Shown here one piece after another: positions 63,116 to 64,000 of a stretch of 64,000 bases of DNA. The DNA lies in the NCBI RefSeq assembly GCF_009834535.1, contig NC_045697.1, positions 5,148,001 through 5,212,000 on the forward strand, in the 5' to 3' direction. This DNA comes from Camelus ferus. Taxonomy: Eukaryota. Every line of letters begins with the position of its first letter. Positions within the stretch are counted from its first letter, which is position 1. Both the position numbers and the translations under genes were made by a program. A model generated the notes under the pieces. The model was not told the DNA's origin. It searched no databases and was given only the letters and a program-made list of their open reading frames with translations.

Positions 63116-64000
63116 ATTCACTACAAAAATAATTTCAATAGTGCACTAGAACTGAACTTGGTTATCATTCAATTTATCCAATGATAATCTTAAAAGGAAG
63201 AGAAAATAAAATTAGATACAAGGGTTAATCAGTGAAATGAATTAAAAGCCTATTCAGATACATTTTTAATCAAAAACAGAATGGAAAAAAATGGGCAAAT
63301 GTACAAAAAGGCAACTTTCATAGAGAACATATAAATAATGAATAAAGACCTGAAAAAAAGGGTTCATCTTTCTCAGGAATTGATATCACAAACATTAATG
63401 AAATCCTCAAGTTTCATATCAAATCCATTTAATTAAGAAAACAGACTTATCAATGCTAACACTTTTGGGGAGACGTTCTGGTAGAACTGTTATACTTAAG
63501 CTGTGCTGGTGGCAACAAAACTTAAGAAAAATGTTTTGGAATGCCCGTGTCTTACAAGTTACAAAGATATTCACACTCTTTATTTCAATAATCACACTGT
63601 TGAAATTTATACTAAATAAATAACTCAACAGTACACAATTGATTTTAACATCCCAAAACGTTCATACAAATTCCCCTCGGAGTCCTGAGTTGACTCCCAA
63701 AATGAACGTGGGTTGGGCTGAGACTCCAAGGAGCCCAGCGAAATGACAGATGAAAAACTGAAAGAGGCGAGCAGAAATTTCAGCAACTTTGCAGTGTGCT
63801 CAACAGTACAGAGTCTGGAATTCAAGTTAAGCCCAGTAAGAGTAAGTACCGAGTCCCAGAAGCAAAGGCTGCACTCTAGGATGAAAAGCAAAACCACAAG
63901 ACATCCTGCTGAAGCCCAAAATCAAGACTCCACAGATCAAAATTAATAGCCAGTAATTTATCTTCTTGGTGGAATAAAACTCATACTCTTCAGAGGAAGA

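Overview
Mammalian, almost certainly camelid, genomic DNA: it carries three tRNA-Ala-derived Vic-1-type SINEs and camelid-type L1 3' ends. The whole window lies inside the serine/threonine kinase gene STK32B (YANK2) on the minus strand. Only two coding exons are present: a 56-bp exon at 24716-24771 (VNFDHFQILRAIGKGSFGK) and a 152-bp exon at 1529-1680 ([18 protein letters not shown]...HPFLVNLW). Both have canonical AG/GT sites and compatible phases. The rest is intron, densely filled with L1, L2, MIR, MaLR/ERV LTRs, DNA-transposon relics and microsatellites; nearly all listed ORFs are spurious or repeat-derived. I see no convincing new protein-coding system. The most unusual signals are non-canonical retrotransposition and repair footprints: tailless L1 inserts with perfect TSDs, a young L1 RT fragment inside the homologous part of an old L1, a twin-primed and prematurely ended L1, an L1-L1 chimera, a foreign exon-like filler at an L1 deletion, and a possible SINE 3' transduction. 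There is also a possible GC-biased conversion tract and several candidate enhancers. Repeat family names come from recalled consensus sequences, not from a search; repeat boundaries without TSDs are approximate.
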